From the NCBI GenBank assembly GCA_003140935.1, contig PLLJ01000039.1:12007-76006 (forward strand): a stretch of 64,000 nucleotides of DNA. Reading direction: 5' to 3'. How positions within the stretch are numbered: position 1 is the first letter of the stretch; every line of letters begins with the position of its first letter. Shown in pieces: positions 9,411 to 19,090 of the stretch. The DNA comes from Candidatus Omnitrophota bacterium (GTDB lineage Bacteria; Omnitrophota; Omnitrophia; Omnitrophales; Aquincolibacteriaceae). Under the pieces are notes generated by a model, which saw nothing but the letters and a program-made list of their open reading frames with translations, was not told the DNA's origin and made no database searches. The position numbers and the translations under genes were made by a program.

Positions 9411-10820
9411 CTATTTCGTTTTCGCCCGGGTGATAAGTTGATCCAAAAGATACGCGGCCCGATCGATCTCTTCTTTTGGAATCTCGAGCGACGGGGCAAG
9501 CGTGATCACATTCTTGTAGTAGCCCCCGATATCGAGAACGAGTCCCATCGACTTCCCATCCGCCTCAAGGTTGCCTTCTAATCCGATCTGGAACATCCGG
9601 TCGGCCAGTGCGCGGTTGGGCGTCACACCGTCCTTTTCACACATTTCCATACGCATCGCAAGCCCAAGGCCATCGACGTCCCCGATTTCAGGATGCTTGC
9701 GCTGGAGCTGCCGCAGACGTTCAAGGAAATAAGCGCCTTGCGCCATGACCTTGGTGCCAAAGTCACTTTCCCCGAGGATATTCATGACCTCCAAGCCGGC
9801 TGCCGTGCCAAGCGTATTGGACGAAAAGGTCGAATGAGTGGATCCGGGTCCGAATTTTTCAGGTGAGATCAGGTCTTCCCGGGCCCAGATCCCCGAGATC
9901 GGATTCAAACCGTTGGTCAGGGCTTTGCCGAAGACCAGAATATCGGGTTGGACATCAAAATGTTCGAGTGCCCACATTTTCCCGGTTCTGAAAAAGCCCA
10001 TTTGGATCTCATCATCCACTACGAGAATGCCGTGATCACGACATATTTTGGCGAGCCGTTTGAAGTAATTTTTCGGAGGGATGATGTAGCCGCCCGTTCC
10101 CTGGATCGCTTCGATAAAAAAAGCGCCGAACTCCGCGCGTTTTGTTTTGGGGTTCCAGGTTCCCGTGTACTCGTGTTCGAATTTACGCTCAAACTCTCGG
10201 ATGAAATGATCCTCGGCAGCTTGGGGATCGCGCGGGAAAGGCGAACGGAACACGTACGGAAAAGGAATAAATTCAGCCCGGTCCCCGAATTCCCCGTAAG
10301 CTTCCCGGTAACGGTAGGACGACGTGATCGCTGATGCGGCCAATGTGCGGCCATGGTAACCGCCTTCAAAGGCGAACATCCTGGAGCGACCGGTATTTTT
10401 GCGTACCAGCTTTAAGGCATCTTCCACGGCCTGGGAACCGCCTACGTTAAAATGAACGCGGCCCTTCAGGCCGAATCCTTTTTTGACGCTTTCCACGATG
10501 CGTTCCGCCAGTTCGATCTTTTCGCGATGAAGATACTGACAAGCCAGCTGAGGAAGTTTGTCGATCTGCCGCTTGAGGGCCTCATTGACCCTGGAGTTGG
10601 CGTAACCCAGGTTCACGGCGGAATACCACATCTGAAGATCCAAATAGGGCTTTCCCATCATATCATAAAGATAGCTTCCTTCACACCGTTCGAAGATCTT
10701 GGGGCGCTCGGCATAATGCACCGTATCACCGTAAGAGCAGACTTCCCTTTCAACGGCCAGAAGTGATTCTTCGTCATGGATCAAAGCAGTAGATGAAAAT
10801 TTTACGGATTTTTTACTCAA
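9411..10820 (-). CDS. Class-III pyridoxal-phosphate aminotransferase (omega-aminotransferase family)
   Basis: DDEIQMGFFRTGKMWALEHF (DExQTGxGRTG) and the PLP-lysine motif FGKALTNG. About 470 aa. Confidence 0.8.
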   Translation of the reverse strand: MSKKSVKFSSTALIHDEESLLAVEREVCSYGDTVHYAERPKIFERCEGSYLYDMMGKPYLDLQMWYSAVNLGYANSRVNEALKRQIDKLPQLACQYLHREKIELAERIVESVKKGFGLKGRVHFNVGGSQAVEDALKLVRKNTGRSRMFAFEGGYHGRTLAASAITSSYRYREAYGEFGDRAEFIPFPYVFRSPFPRDPQAAEDHFIREFERKFEHEYTGTWNPKTKRAEFGAFFIEAIQGTGGYIIPPKNYFKRLAKICRDHGILVVDDEIQMGFFRTGKMWALEHFDVQPDILVFGKALTNGLNPISGIWAREDLISPEKFGPGSTHSTFSSNTLGTAAGLEVMNILGESDFGTKVMAQGAYFLERLRQLQRKHPEIGDVDGLGLAMRMEMCEKDGVTPNRALADRMFQIGLEGNLEADGKSMGLVLDIGGYYKNVITLAPSLEIPKEEIDRAAYLLDQLITRAKTK

Positions 10821-10939
10821 TGTAAATTCCTCCCTGGAATTTTAAAAGGAATCGTTAACTTATGTGCCGGCGGGACACAAAGCCTTCGGGTCATTCAAGC
10901 ATTGAATAGGGGGCATTTTGCGCTTTTCTTAAACAAGAA

Positions 10940-11338
10940 TCAATAAGATTTAGTCTCCTTTTCAAAAGCATCGACGATCAGACGTATTTCGGGCGTTTGC
11001 CCTTCTTTCCAAAGGATTGCAACAACATCGAATGCGATCGGGGATTTTGAAATTTTCTTTTCTTTTAAATACCACTGGGCGATCTTGAAGATCTTTTCCT
11101 GTTTCCGAAGATCCACAGCCTCTTGCGGCAGCCCGAACTGGGCGCTTGTTCGCGTTTTTATTTCAATAAATGCGAGTCTTCCCTGCCGCCGGGCGATCAC
11201 ATCGATCTCTCCGAGCTTGCATTTATAATTCTTTTCGAGGATTTCGTATCCGTGATCTTTCAGGAACCCGCAAGCCGCCGTTTCGCCTCGTTCCCCCAAA
11301 GATAGTCGGAAGGATCCGGGATGGGGCGTTAGCTTCAT
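10940..11338 (-). CDS. yraN: YraN-family (UPF0102) endonuclease-like protein
   Basis: GEIDVIARRQGRLAFIEIKTR core typical of the YraN/UPF0102 family. Sits next to rnhB as in many genomes. Confidence 0.7.
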   Translation of the reverse strand: MKLTPHPGSFRLSLGERGETAACGFLKDHGYEILEKNYKCKLGEIDVIARRQGRLAFIEIKTRTSAQFGLPQEAVDLRKQEKIFKIAQWYLKEKKISKSPIAFDVVAILWKEGQTPEIRLIVDAFEKETKSY

Positions 11339-11360
11339 AAAGTCGCTTTTCCGGTGGCGG

Positions 11361-12032
11361 TCATCTTTTTATTTTGGGGGGAAAAATCATCGCGGCTTCC
11401 CGCACCGGTGCAAAGCTGCGACGGTGGACAGAAGAGGGGCCTTTTTCTTTGAGGGCTTGCATATGCTCGACAGTTCCGTACCCTTTGTGCCTGTGAAACC
11501 CATAAGCGGGATAAAGTTCATGGAGTTTTTGCATCCAATGGTCGCGAAAGACCTTGGCTACAATCGACGCGGCGGCGATGCTCGCTGATTTTCCGTCCCC
11601 GTGAATAATGCCTTTTTGATCGATTTCGAGGTCCAGACGCATGGGTCCATCAATCAGAAGACTCGCGGGAGTGTGCGGAAGGTTTAGAACGGCCTTTTTC
11701 ATGGCCACGCGCGTAGCTTCGTAGATATTGAGCGTATCGATCTGTTTTTCGTCCGCAAAACCGATACCGACGATCGAAGAGCGCGCAATTTTGATATAAA
11801 GTTCTTCGCGACGTTTGGCGCTTAATTTTTTGGAATCATCAATACCCGCAAGAGTTTCGGATCGCACAAGGATTACAGCCGCCGCAACGACCGGGCCGGC
11901 CAAAGGACCCCGTCCGGCTTCGTCCACGCCCGCCATCCATCCTCCGCCCATCGTGAGGACTTCCTGCCGGTCAAAGGCGAGGAGTCTCTCCAGGAGAAGT
12001 GTCTTTCGAGATATTTTTTCGGCGATCTCCAT
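11361..12032 (-). CDS. rnhB: Ribonuclease HII
   Basis: AGVDEAGRGPLAGPVVAAAVIL catalytic motif. Confidence 0.9.
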   Translation of the reverse strand: MEIAEKISRKTLLLERLLAFDRQEVLTMGGGWMAGVDEAGRGPLAGPVVAAAVILVRSETLAGIDDSKKLSAKRREELYIKIARSSIVGIGFADEKQIDTLNIYEATRVAMKKAVLNLPHTPASLLIDGPMRLDLEIDQKGIIHGDGKSASIAAASIVAKVFRDHWMQKLHELYPAYGFHRHKGYGTVEHMQALKEKGPSSVHRRSFAPVREAAMIFPPKIKR

Positions 12033-12054
12033 TAGGCCATGACCTAAAGAGGTG

Positions 12055-12363
12055 TTATTGATTTTTCAGGTAATATAGCTTTGCGCGACGGACTTTGCCT
12101 TTCACGCTTACGGTAACCTTTTCAACGTTGGGCGAATGAAGCGGGAAGATCTTTTCGACCTTATCGCCGTAGCTTTCTTTGAGCACGGTGAAGCTCGCGC
12201 GAACGCCCTTTCCTTTTTTGCGGATGCAGACGCCCTCGAAAAGCTGGGTGCGTGTTTTGTCGCCTTCTTTGACGCGGACGTGCACCTTGAGGGTGTCACC
12301 CACGCGGAATTCCGGCGTTTTTTTCGCTGCGGCTTCTTTTTCTACGATATCCATTTTACTCAT
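12055..12363 (-). CDS. rplS: 50S ribosomal protein L19
   Basis: [29 protein letters not shown] matches L19. Confidence 0.95.
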   Translation of the reverse strand: MSKMDIVEKEAAAKKTPEFRVGDTLKVHVRVKEGDKTRTQLFEGVCIRKKGKGVRASFTVLKESYGDKVEKIFPLHSPNVEKVTVSVKGKVRRAKLYYLKNQ

Positions 12364-12388
12364 TTGTCTATTCTCCCGTTTGTGTAAA

Positions 12389-13069
12389 TTATTTTAAAAG
12401 ATCAGGCCTTTTTCGCCTCGTCGACTGCTCGGCTGTTTTTTTACGCCATTTTTCCAGCTCTTTGTGGTCCCCCGATACAAGCACATCGGGCACTTTCCAT
12501 CCCCGGTATTCCCGGGGCCGTGTGTAGTGGGGATGCTCCAGCATCCTCGTTTGAAAACTTTCGTGCTTGATCGATTCCACGTTCCCCAAAACGCCCGGCA
12601 CAAGCCGCGTCACCGCCTCGATCAAACAAAGCGCCGGCGCTTCGCCTCCCATCGTAATAAAATCACCTGCCGATATTTCCTGGTCGATCAAATGGTCTTT
12701 GACGCGCTGGTCCACGCCTTCGTAATGTCCAGCGATCAAAACAAGGTGCTTTTTCTTTGCGAGCTTCGCGGCCAGCGCTTGGCTCATGGGCTCGCCTTGG
12801 GGATCGAGAAGCACCACCCAGGCGCCTTGGCCGATCGCTTCGACGCATTCGAAGATCGGCTCGGGCTTCATCACCATCCCAGCTCCGCCGCCGAACGGCT
12901 TATCATCCGCTGTTTTATGACGATCATGCGTCCAGTCGCGAAGGTTATGCGTTCTTATTTTTATAAGCCCCTTCGCTTGCGCCTTTTCCAAAAGCGATTC
13001 TTTGAGCGGGCTTTTAAAAAAACCTGGGAAAAGAGTTACCAAATCGATGGTCAGAGCCAAAGGACTCAC
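12389..13069 (-). CDS. trmD: tRNA (guanine37-N1)-methyltransferase
   Basis: [11 protein letters not shown] … [22 protein letters not shown]-knot motifs. Confidence 0.95.
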   Translation of the reverse strand: MSPLALTIDLVTLFPGFFKSPLKESLLEKAQAKGLIKIRTHNLRDWTHDRHKTADDKPFGGGAGMVMKPEPIFECVEAIGQGAWVVLLDPQGEPMSQALAAKLAKKKHLVLIAGHYEGVDQRVKDHLIDQEISAGDFITMGGEAPALCLIEAVTRLVPGVLGNVESIKHESFQTRMLEHPHYTRPREYRGWKVPDVLVSGDHKELEKWRKKTAEQSTRRKRPDLLK

Positions 13070-13081
13070 TCTTGCGCTCTG

Positions 13082-13336
13082 TCAGGATTTCTTTGTCTTT
13101 TTCTTTTCGCGCCGCACAAGGCTCTTCAGGGCCACGCTCATCTGCGCCCCCTGCTTCACCCAATAATCGAGACGATCCTGCTTCACGACAAAAATGTCTT
13201 CTTTGGGCAGAGCGTCGTAATAGCCGATCTCCTCGATGAAGCGTCCGTCACGCGGCATCTTCGCGTCGCTGACCACGATGCGCCACTGAGGACGGTTCTT
13301 GCTGCCGAAACGTTTCATTCTGATTTTGACTGCCAC
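13082..13336 (-). CDS. rpsP: 30S ribosomal protein S16
   Basis: MAVKIRMKRFGSKNRPQWRIVV matches S16. Directly abuts trmD; no rimM between them. Confidence 0.95.
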   Translation of the reverse strand: MAVKIRMKRFGSKNRPQWRIVVSDAKMPRDGRFIEEIGYYDALPKEDIFVVKQDRLDYWVKQGAQMSVALKSLVRREKKKTKKS

Positions 13337-13422
13337 ATAGCCTCCTTGATTTATGAGCGTTCAGCGGACAGCGAGTAGCTTTTTGCTAAACGCTCCACGC
13401 TCTCCGCTATTCGCTTTTAAAA

Positions 13423-14688
13423 TTATTCCTTTTCCCTGCGGATCGAAGCTCCGAGGGACGTGAGTTTCTGTTCGAGGTTCTCATAACCCCGGTCCAGGTG
13501 ATAGACACGCTGGACTTCCGTCGCGCCTTCCGCGACGAGACCCGCGAGCACAAGCGCCGCGCTGGCCCTGAGGTCGGAGGCCATGACAGGCGCTCCGCTC
13601 AACTTTTTGACGCCATGCACAATGGCACTCGGCCCTTCCAGAAACACCTTCGCGCCCATACGGCCGAGTTCGGGCACATGCATAAAACGATTCGGGTAGA
13701 TCTTTTCCGTGATCACGCTGATTCCCGGCGTGACGGTCGCAAGTGCCATCGCCTGCGCTTGAAGATCCGTCGGAAATGCCGGATACGGCAACGTTGTGAT
13801 ATCTACGGGTTTCAATCTTCCGTTTTTTCTTACGCGTGCTGAATTCTTGAACTTTTCAACGCGCACGCCCGCTTGATGAAGTTTGTCGATCACTGCATTC
13901 AGATGGCTCGGCTCCATTTTCCGGACCAAGATATCCCCGCCCGTGATTGCCGCGGCATAAAGGAACGTCCCGGCCTCGATCCGATCCGGGATCACCTGAT
14001 GCTCTGCGCCATGGAGCTTCCTGACACCTTCGATCTCAATGCGCGGTGAGCCTTCGCCAACGATCTTTGCGCCCATTTTCCTTAAAAACTTTGCGAGATC
14101 CACAACTTCGGGTTCGCAAGCCGCGTTTTCGATCACGGTTTTCCCATACGCCAAGGTCGCCGCCATCATGACATTATCCGTGGCTAATACCGACGAACCG
14201 TAACCGCCTCCAAGATAGATCTCTGAGCCGCGCAATTTCGTTTTGGCTCTTACCTTCACGTAGCCGTGTTCGATCATGATCTCGGCATTCAGCGCTTCGA
14301 GGCCTTTTAGGTGGAGGTCGATCGGTCTTGGCCCGATCGCACATCCCCCTGGAAGCGAAACCTCCGCTTCCCCGAGCCGCGCCAAAAGCGGTCCCAGCAC
14401 GCACACCGACGCGCGCATGGTCTTCACAAGTTTATAGGGCGCAAGTGGCTTCAGGTTTTTTCCCGGCTTGACCTTTAAGCAACCATTCTCAAGGATCGCC
14501 TTCGCGCCTAGCGAGCGAAGAAGCTTGACCATGGTGTGTACATCCCAAAGCGACGGGACGTTCGTAACCACGGACTCTTCTTCGGTAAGAAGTGCTGCCG
14601 CCATGATCGGCAGCACCGCGTTCTTTGACCCGGAAATATCGACTTCGCCCTTGAGCCGACGTCCCCCTTCAATAATGATTTTATCCAT
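13423..14688 (-). CDS. murA: UDP-N-acetylglucosamine 1-carboxyvinyltransferase
   Basis: N-terminal [32 protein letters not shown] and EPSP-synthase-fold length (421 aa). Confidence 0.95.
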   Translation of the reverse strand: MDKIIIEGGRRLKGEVDISGSKNAVLPIMAAALLTEEESVVTNVPSLWDVHTMVKLLRSLGAKAILENGCLKVKPGKNLKPLAPYKLVKTMRASVCVLGPLLARLGEAEVSLPGGCAIGPRPIDLHLKGLEALNAEIMIEHGYVKVRAKTKLRGSEIYLGGGYGSSVLATDNVMMAATLAYGKTVIENAACEPEVVDLAKFLRKMGAKIVGEGSPRIEIEGVRKLHGAEHQVIPDRIEAGTFLYAAAITGGDILVRKMEPSHLNAVIDKLHQAGVRVEKFKNSARVRKNGRLKPVDITTLPYPAFPTDLQAQAMALATVTPGISVITEKIYPNRFMHVPELGRMGAKVFLEGPSAIVHGVKKLSGAPVMASDLRASAALVLAGLVAEGATEVQRVYHLDRGYENLEQKLTSLGASIRREKE

Positions 14689-14694
14689 ACAAAA

Positions 14695-15576
14695 TTAAAA
14701 ATTCCCCCGGGCCATTACGACCCTCTGAACCCGCAAATGGTCATCGAAACGTTGGATATTATCATAACCCGCGGCCTGAAGCCACGTTGAAACCTCCTCC
14801 GCCTGGCCCTGCCCCACTTCCAGGGCGAGCAGCCCTCCGGAGGTCAAGTGACCTTTCGCGCCGCGAATGATCTTCCGGTAAAAGTCCAGGCCGTCTTTCC
14901 CGCCATCTAAAGCCCTTTTGGGCTCAAATTTAAGCTCTTCCTGAACTTTTTCCCAATCTTTTTCTGATAAATAAGGAGGATTCGAAACGATCAAATCCCA
15001 TTTTTCATTGCTTGAAAACGGCTCAAATAAGTCCCCCCGGACCCTTTTCGCGCGATCTTCCAACACGTAACGCTTCAGATTCTCCTGAGCCACCTCAAGC
15101 GCCTCTCCGGAGATATCAAGCATCGTCCCTGTGGCATTCTTAAAAACGCGCAGGATCGCAACGGCGATAGCACCGGAACCCGTTCCGATGTCTAAAAAAG
15201 AAAACTTTTTTTCGGCGTTCTTTCCGAGCGCTTTCAAAACCTGCTCGACCAGGATCTCGGTCTCAGGACGCGGGATAAGGCATCGTTCATCCACATATAA
15301 AGTCTCCTGCCAAAAATCCGCCTCTTTTAAAAGGTAGGCGAGCGGTATTCGTCCAAGTCTTTTTTCAAGGAGCGCCAGAAAACGTTCACGCGTGCCCGAA
15401 GCAACGAGTTCGTGTTCTTTTAAATAGATCTCGGAACGCGAGCACCCTAAGAGCTTCATCAAGATACGCTCGCATTCCTCTTGCGCTTCCTCAATGCCGC
15501 TCCGCGAGAGTTCCGCGCGGCTCCAGGCGATCAGTTCGAGAAGTTCGCCGTTTTTTATTTTTTTTAAACAGTTCAT
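14695..15576 (-). CDS. prmC: Release-factor glutamine N5-methyltransferase (HemK/PrmC)
   Basis: NPPY motif (IVSNPPYLSEKD) and SAM-binding DIGTGSGAIA. Overlaps prfA by 4 nt. Confidence 0.85.
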   Translation of the reverse strand: MNCLKKIKNGELLELIAWSRAELSRSGIEEAQEECERILMKLLGCSRSEIYLKEHELVASGTRERFLALLEKRLGRIPLAYLLKEADFWQETLYVDERCLIPRPETEILVEQVLKALGKNAEKKFSFLDIGTGSGAIAVAILRVFKNATGTMLDISGEALEVAQENLKRYVLEDRAKRVRGDLFEPFSSNEKWDLIVSNPPYLSEKDWEKVQEELKFEPKRALDGGKDGLDFYRKIIRGAKGHLTSGGLLALEVGQGQAEEVSTWLQAAGYDNIQRFDDHLRVQRVVMARGNF

Positions 15577-16643
15577 AACGCCGTGAGAAGACGGACTTTT
15601 TCATCTTCCGCAAGTGCTTGAACGACCGGGTCCAGTTTTCCGTCCAGGACTTGGTTTAGGCTGTGAAGTGTAAGACCGATCCGGTGGTCTGTCACACGGT
15701 TGTCCGGATAATTATAAGTCCTGATCTTGCCCGAGCGATCCCCCGAACCGATCTGCGCTTTGCGGTTCTTGGCAACCTCGGCTTCCTGCTGAGCACGGCG
15801 GAAATCAAAGATCTTTGCGCGGAGAATACGCATCGCCTTCGCTTTGTTTTTTTGCTGGGACCGCTCATCCTGACACGCGACCACGAACCCCGTCGGCATG
15901 TGGGTGATGCGCACCGCCGATTCGGTTTTATTCACATGTTGTCCGCCGGCTCCGGAGGCGCGATAGACGTCGATCCGGAGATCGGTGGAAAGGATCTCGA
16001 TCTCTTCTTCCTCTACATCGGGCAATACCGCCACCGTGACCGCCGAGGTGTGGATGCGCCCGCTTGCTTCGGTCTTCGGCACGCGTTGAACGCGATGGAT
16101 CCCGCTTTCATATTTGAAATAACTGAAAACGCGTTCCCCGGTAACGCCGAAAATGATCTCCTTGAACCCACCGATCCCCGTGGGATTCGTGTCCATCACT
16201 TCGACGCGCAAACCATGATTTCCCGCATACATGCTATACATGCGGAAAAGGTCTCCTGCAAAAAGTGCGGCTTCCTCCCCGCCCGTCCCCGCCCGGATCT
16301 CCACGATCACGTCCCGTGCCGCATCGGGCTGCATGTCCCGGAGAAAAAGCTCCTCGAGTTTGCCTTCCCGTTCCTTCTGTTTTTCCTCGAGAATCTTTAT
16401 CTCTTCCGTGATAAGGCTTTTCATGGCCTCATCGCCGTGGCTATCGCCATGACTGTGCTTCAGCCCGGCGATCTCGCGCTCGCTTTCTTTGTATTTCTCG
16501 AAAAGTTCTATGATCGGCCGCAGCAAAGACATTTCCTTGCTCAGGGCCTGGAACTTGCTCCGGGCAGTATCGGGATTTGTGAGCAAGGCCTCGATCTCGC
16601 GAAACCTTGCCTCCGTTTTTTCTAGACGTTCACGAATTCTCAT
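15573..16643 (-). CDS. prfA: Peptide chain release factor 1
   Basis: GGQHVNKTESAVRITHMPTG (GGQ motif) and RVQRVPKTEASGRIHTS. Start placed at MRIRERL…. Confidence 0.9.
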   Translation of the reverse strand: MRIRERLEKTEARFREIEALLTNPDTARSKFQALSKEMSLLRPIIELFEKYKESEREIAGLKHSHGDSHGDEAMKSLITEEIKILEEKQKEREGKLEELFLRDMQPDAARDVIVEIRAGTGGEEAALFAGDLFRMYSMYAGNHGLRVEVMDTNPTGIGGFKEIIFGVTGERVFSYFKYESGIHRVQRVPKTEASGRIHTSAVTVAVLPDVEEEEIEILSTDLRIDVYRASGAGGQHVNKTESAVRITHMPTGFVVACQDERSQQKNKAKAMRILRAKIFDFRRAQQEAEVAKNRKAQIGSGDRSGKIRTYNYPDNRVTDHRIGLTLHSLNQVLDGKLDPVVQALAEDEKVRLLTAL

Positions 16644-16717
16644 AAGAAGGGGCCACGAACCATGGGCCACGAACCATGAAAACATGATGCGTGGACCGTA
16701 GAACGAGTTTTTTCGTT

Positions 16718-17041
16718 TTACTTGCCTTGGGCCTTAACCTTTTCTTTTAGGGCCTGGAGTTTTTCTTTCCGGGCATCCTCGGAGAACTTGAGTTTCACCG
16801 GCAGCTTGGGCATCACTTTGGTCGACTTTTTGTTGACGGCCACGCGGTCCTGGAATTTTTTCTTGAACCGATCGATACGCCCGGCGGTATCCAGGATCTT
16901 TTGCTTGCCCGTAAAGAACGGGTGGCAGTTCGAACAGATGTCCACTTGGATCCGGGGCATCACGCTACGCGTCTCGATCGTATTACCGCATGCGCACTGG
17001 ATGGTGGAGAGACCGTATTTCGGATGAATGTCTTTTTTCAC
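16718..17041 (-). CDS. rpmE: 50S ribosomal protein L31 with a ~35-aa Lys-rich C-terminal extension
   Basis: MKKDIHPKY…CxC…[13 protein letters not shown] zinc-ribbon L31 signature. 107 aa versus ~70 typical. Confidence 0.9.
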   Translation of the reverse strand: MKKDIHPKYGLSTIQCACGNTIETRSVMPRIQVDICSNCHPFFTGKQKILDTAGRIDRFKKKFQDRVAVNKKSTKVMPKLPVKLKFSEDARKEKLQALKEKVKAQGK

Positions 17042-17045
17042 TTTT

Positions 17046-18479
17046 TTACTCCTTTACTTTATTCATGCTGAGAAGAAAATCAGCGTTGGATTTGGTTTTT
17101 TTAAGACGGTCCACCAGAAGCTCCATCGCTTCCGACGGGTTCAGTTCGTTCAGGACCTTGCGGAGGATCCACACCCGGTTGAGCTCCTCGGCGGGGATCA
17201 GAAGATCTTCTTTGCGCGTGTTGGATTTCTTCACGTCAATAGCCGGATAGATCCTGCGCTGGAAAAGGTTACGGTCGAGTTGCAACTCCATATTGCCCGT
17301 GCCTTTAAATTCTTCGAAAATGACTTCGTCCATGCGCGATCCCGTATCCACGAGCGCGGTGGCGATGATCGTAATGCTCCCGCCTTCTTCGACGTTGCGG
17401 GCAGAGCCGAAAAAGCGTTTTGGCTTGTGCAGCGCATTCGAATCCACGCCGCCGGAAAGGATCTTTCCGGAATGCGGGGCCACGGCGTTGTAGGCCCTGG
17501 CCAAACGGGTGATACTGTCCAGGAGGATCACCACATCGCGCTTGTGCTCGACCAGACGTTTGGCCTTCTCCAGCACGATCTCCGCGACTTGAACGTGCCG
17601 GTCCGCGGGTTCATCAAAGGTCGAGGCGATGACCTCGCCTTTCACGGAGCGTTGCATATCGGTCACTTCCTCGGGACGTTCATCGATCAAAAGCACGATC
17701 AGATACGCCTCCGGATGGTTCGTCGTGATGCTGTTGGCGATTTTCTGGAGAAGGATCGTTTTGCCGCTGTAGGGCTGCGCAACAATCATCCCGCGTTGTC
17801 CAAAGCCGATCGGCGTCAGGAGGTCCATCACGCGCATCGAGACTTCTTCCTGCGTGGTCTCGAGCTGGATCCTTTGGTCCGGATAAAGCGGCGTAAGGTT
17901 GTCGAAGGCGATCTTGTCTTTCGCGCTGTCCGTCTCTTCAAAATTAATGAGCTCGACTTTGAGCAGGGCGAAATAACGCTCTCCCTCTTTCGGCGGACGG
18001 ATAAGGCCGCCCACCACGTCCCCGGTCCTCAAATTGAACCGGCGGATCTGGCTCGGGCTGACATAAATGTCGTCCGGCGAAGGGAGATAGTTATAATTGG
18101 GGGAGCGCAGGAAACCGAACCCGTCCTCCAGGATCTCCAGCACGCCTTCCCCGAACATGAGCCCGGATTGCTGGGCCTGGCCCTGAAGGACTTTGAAGAT
18201 CAGGTCCTGGCGCTTGAGCCCGGCGACGTTCTCGACGTTGAATTTATGCGCCATTTTCTGAAGTTCGCTGATTTTCATTTTCTTCAGACTGACGACGTCA
18301 AGCGGCTTTTCGCCGGATTTCTGCTGCTGCAGCGCCCTTTCAAGGGCCTCACCGTTCGCTGCGGCGTCCTCCTGCATCATGCGCGGCGGGCGCGGCTTCA
18401 CGGTCCCGTCCTCGGACCGCCGGTGATGCGGGTGTGTTCTTTCCCTGGGTTCCCTTACGTCTCTTATTTCTCTCGTCAT
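17046..18479 (-). CDS. rho: Transcription termination factor Rho (Arg/Lys-rich N-terminal extension)
   Basis: Walker [15 protein letters not shown] loops, [11 protein letters not shown]. Start chosen at the Met whose ATG overlaps the coaE stop (ATGA). The ORF is open a further 14 codons upstream. Confidence 0.9.
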   Translation of the reverse strand: MTREIRDVREPRERTHPHHRRSEDGTVKPRPPRMMQEDAAANGEALERALQQQKSGEKPLDVVSLKKMKISELQKMAHKFNVENVAGLKRQDLIFKVLQGQAQQSGLMFGEGVLEILEDGFGFLRSPNYNYLPSPDDIYVSPSQIRRFNLRTGDVVGGLIRPPKEGERYFALLKVELINFEETDSAKDKIAFDNLTPLYPDQRIQLETTQEEVSMRVMDLLTPIGFGQRGMIVAQPYSGKTILLQKIANSITTNHPEAYLIVLLIDERPEEVTDMQRSVKGEVIASTFDEPADRHVQVAEIVLEKAKRLVEHKRDVVILLDSITRLARAYNAVAPHSGKILSGGVDSNALHKPKRFFGSARNVEEGGSITIIATALVDTGSRMDEVIFEEFKGTGNMELQLDRNLFQRRIYPAIDVKKSNTRKEDLLIPAEELNRVWILRKVLNELNPSEAMELLVDRLKKTKSNADFLLSMNKVKE

Positions 18480-19090
18480 TGTTTGTTGGCTCCTTTGGAA
18501 AGAGAGACGAATTTGTACCAAAGCCGTTCGATCTCTCTCTGTGTTTGGTAAATAGACTTCGAATTGTCGATGATAAAATTCCCTTTTTGCGCTTTCAGGT
18601 TCTCAGCCATCTGGGCCCGTTCGCGTGCCCGTACTTCTTGTTCCGTAAATTTTTTATTTTTAAGGCGTTTCATTTTGACGGTCGAATTGCATGCCACGAC
18701 CACGACCTTGTCGCAAAGGGTCTCGAAACCGGCTTCAAAGAGAAGCGGCACTTCCACGAGGATCACCGGCCGCTCGGACGATCCGATCCTTTCCTTGATC
18801 TTTTCATAAACGTACGGATGAATGATCGCCTCAAGCTCCTTCCGCTTCTTGGGATCGTTGAAAACGATCTCCGCGATCTTCTCCCGGTCCATTTTTTTAC
18901 CTCCGGGATGAAGCGCCTCTTCAAAAAGTTCGATGATCGGATCAAAGATCGGGCTGCCTTTTTTCATCGCGTCATGCGCGATCTGATCGGCATCGATCAC
19001 CTCGGCGCCAAAATTCTTGAAGCGTTGCGCCACCGAGCTTTTGCCGACCCCGAACCCCCCGGTCAGACCGATGACTAGTTTTTGTACCAT
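18476..19090 (-). CDS. coaE: Dephospho-CoA kinase
   Basis: [16 protein letters not shown]-loop and typical CoaE length. Confidence 0.85.
   Translation of the reverse strand: MVQKLVIGLTGGFGVGKSSVAQRFKNFGAEVIDADQIAHDAMKKGSPIFDPIIELFEEALHPGGKKMDREKIAEIVFNDPKKRKELEAIIHPYVYEKIKERIGSSERPVILVEVPLLFEAGFETLCDKVVVVACNSTVKMKRLKNKKFTEQEVRARERAQMAENLKAQKGNFIIDNSKSIYQTQREIERLWYKFVSLSKGANKQ

Noticed and set aside
13337-13422. Inverted repeat GAGCGTT…AACGCTC between murA and rpsP, considered as a terminator.
   Set aside because: No U-tract follows on the transcribed (minus) strand. More likely part of the rpsP leader.
17028-18551. 507-aa plus-strand ORF antisense to rho. Similar long antisense ORFs: 15663-16625 (+) versus prfA, 39163-40500 (+) versus the SBP, 45820-46665 (+) versus yidC, 50575-51672 (-) versus gyrB, 30541-31371 (+) versus the KAS, 12464-13378 (+) versus trmD.
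   Set aside because: Each lies entirely inside a gene with unambiguous conserved motifs on the opposite strand. High GC content produces long spurious open frames. None shows a recognisable domain or RBS.
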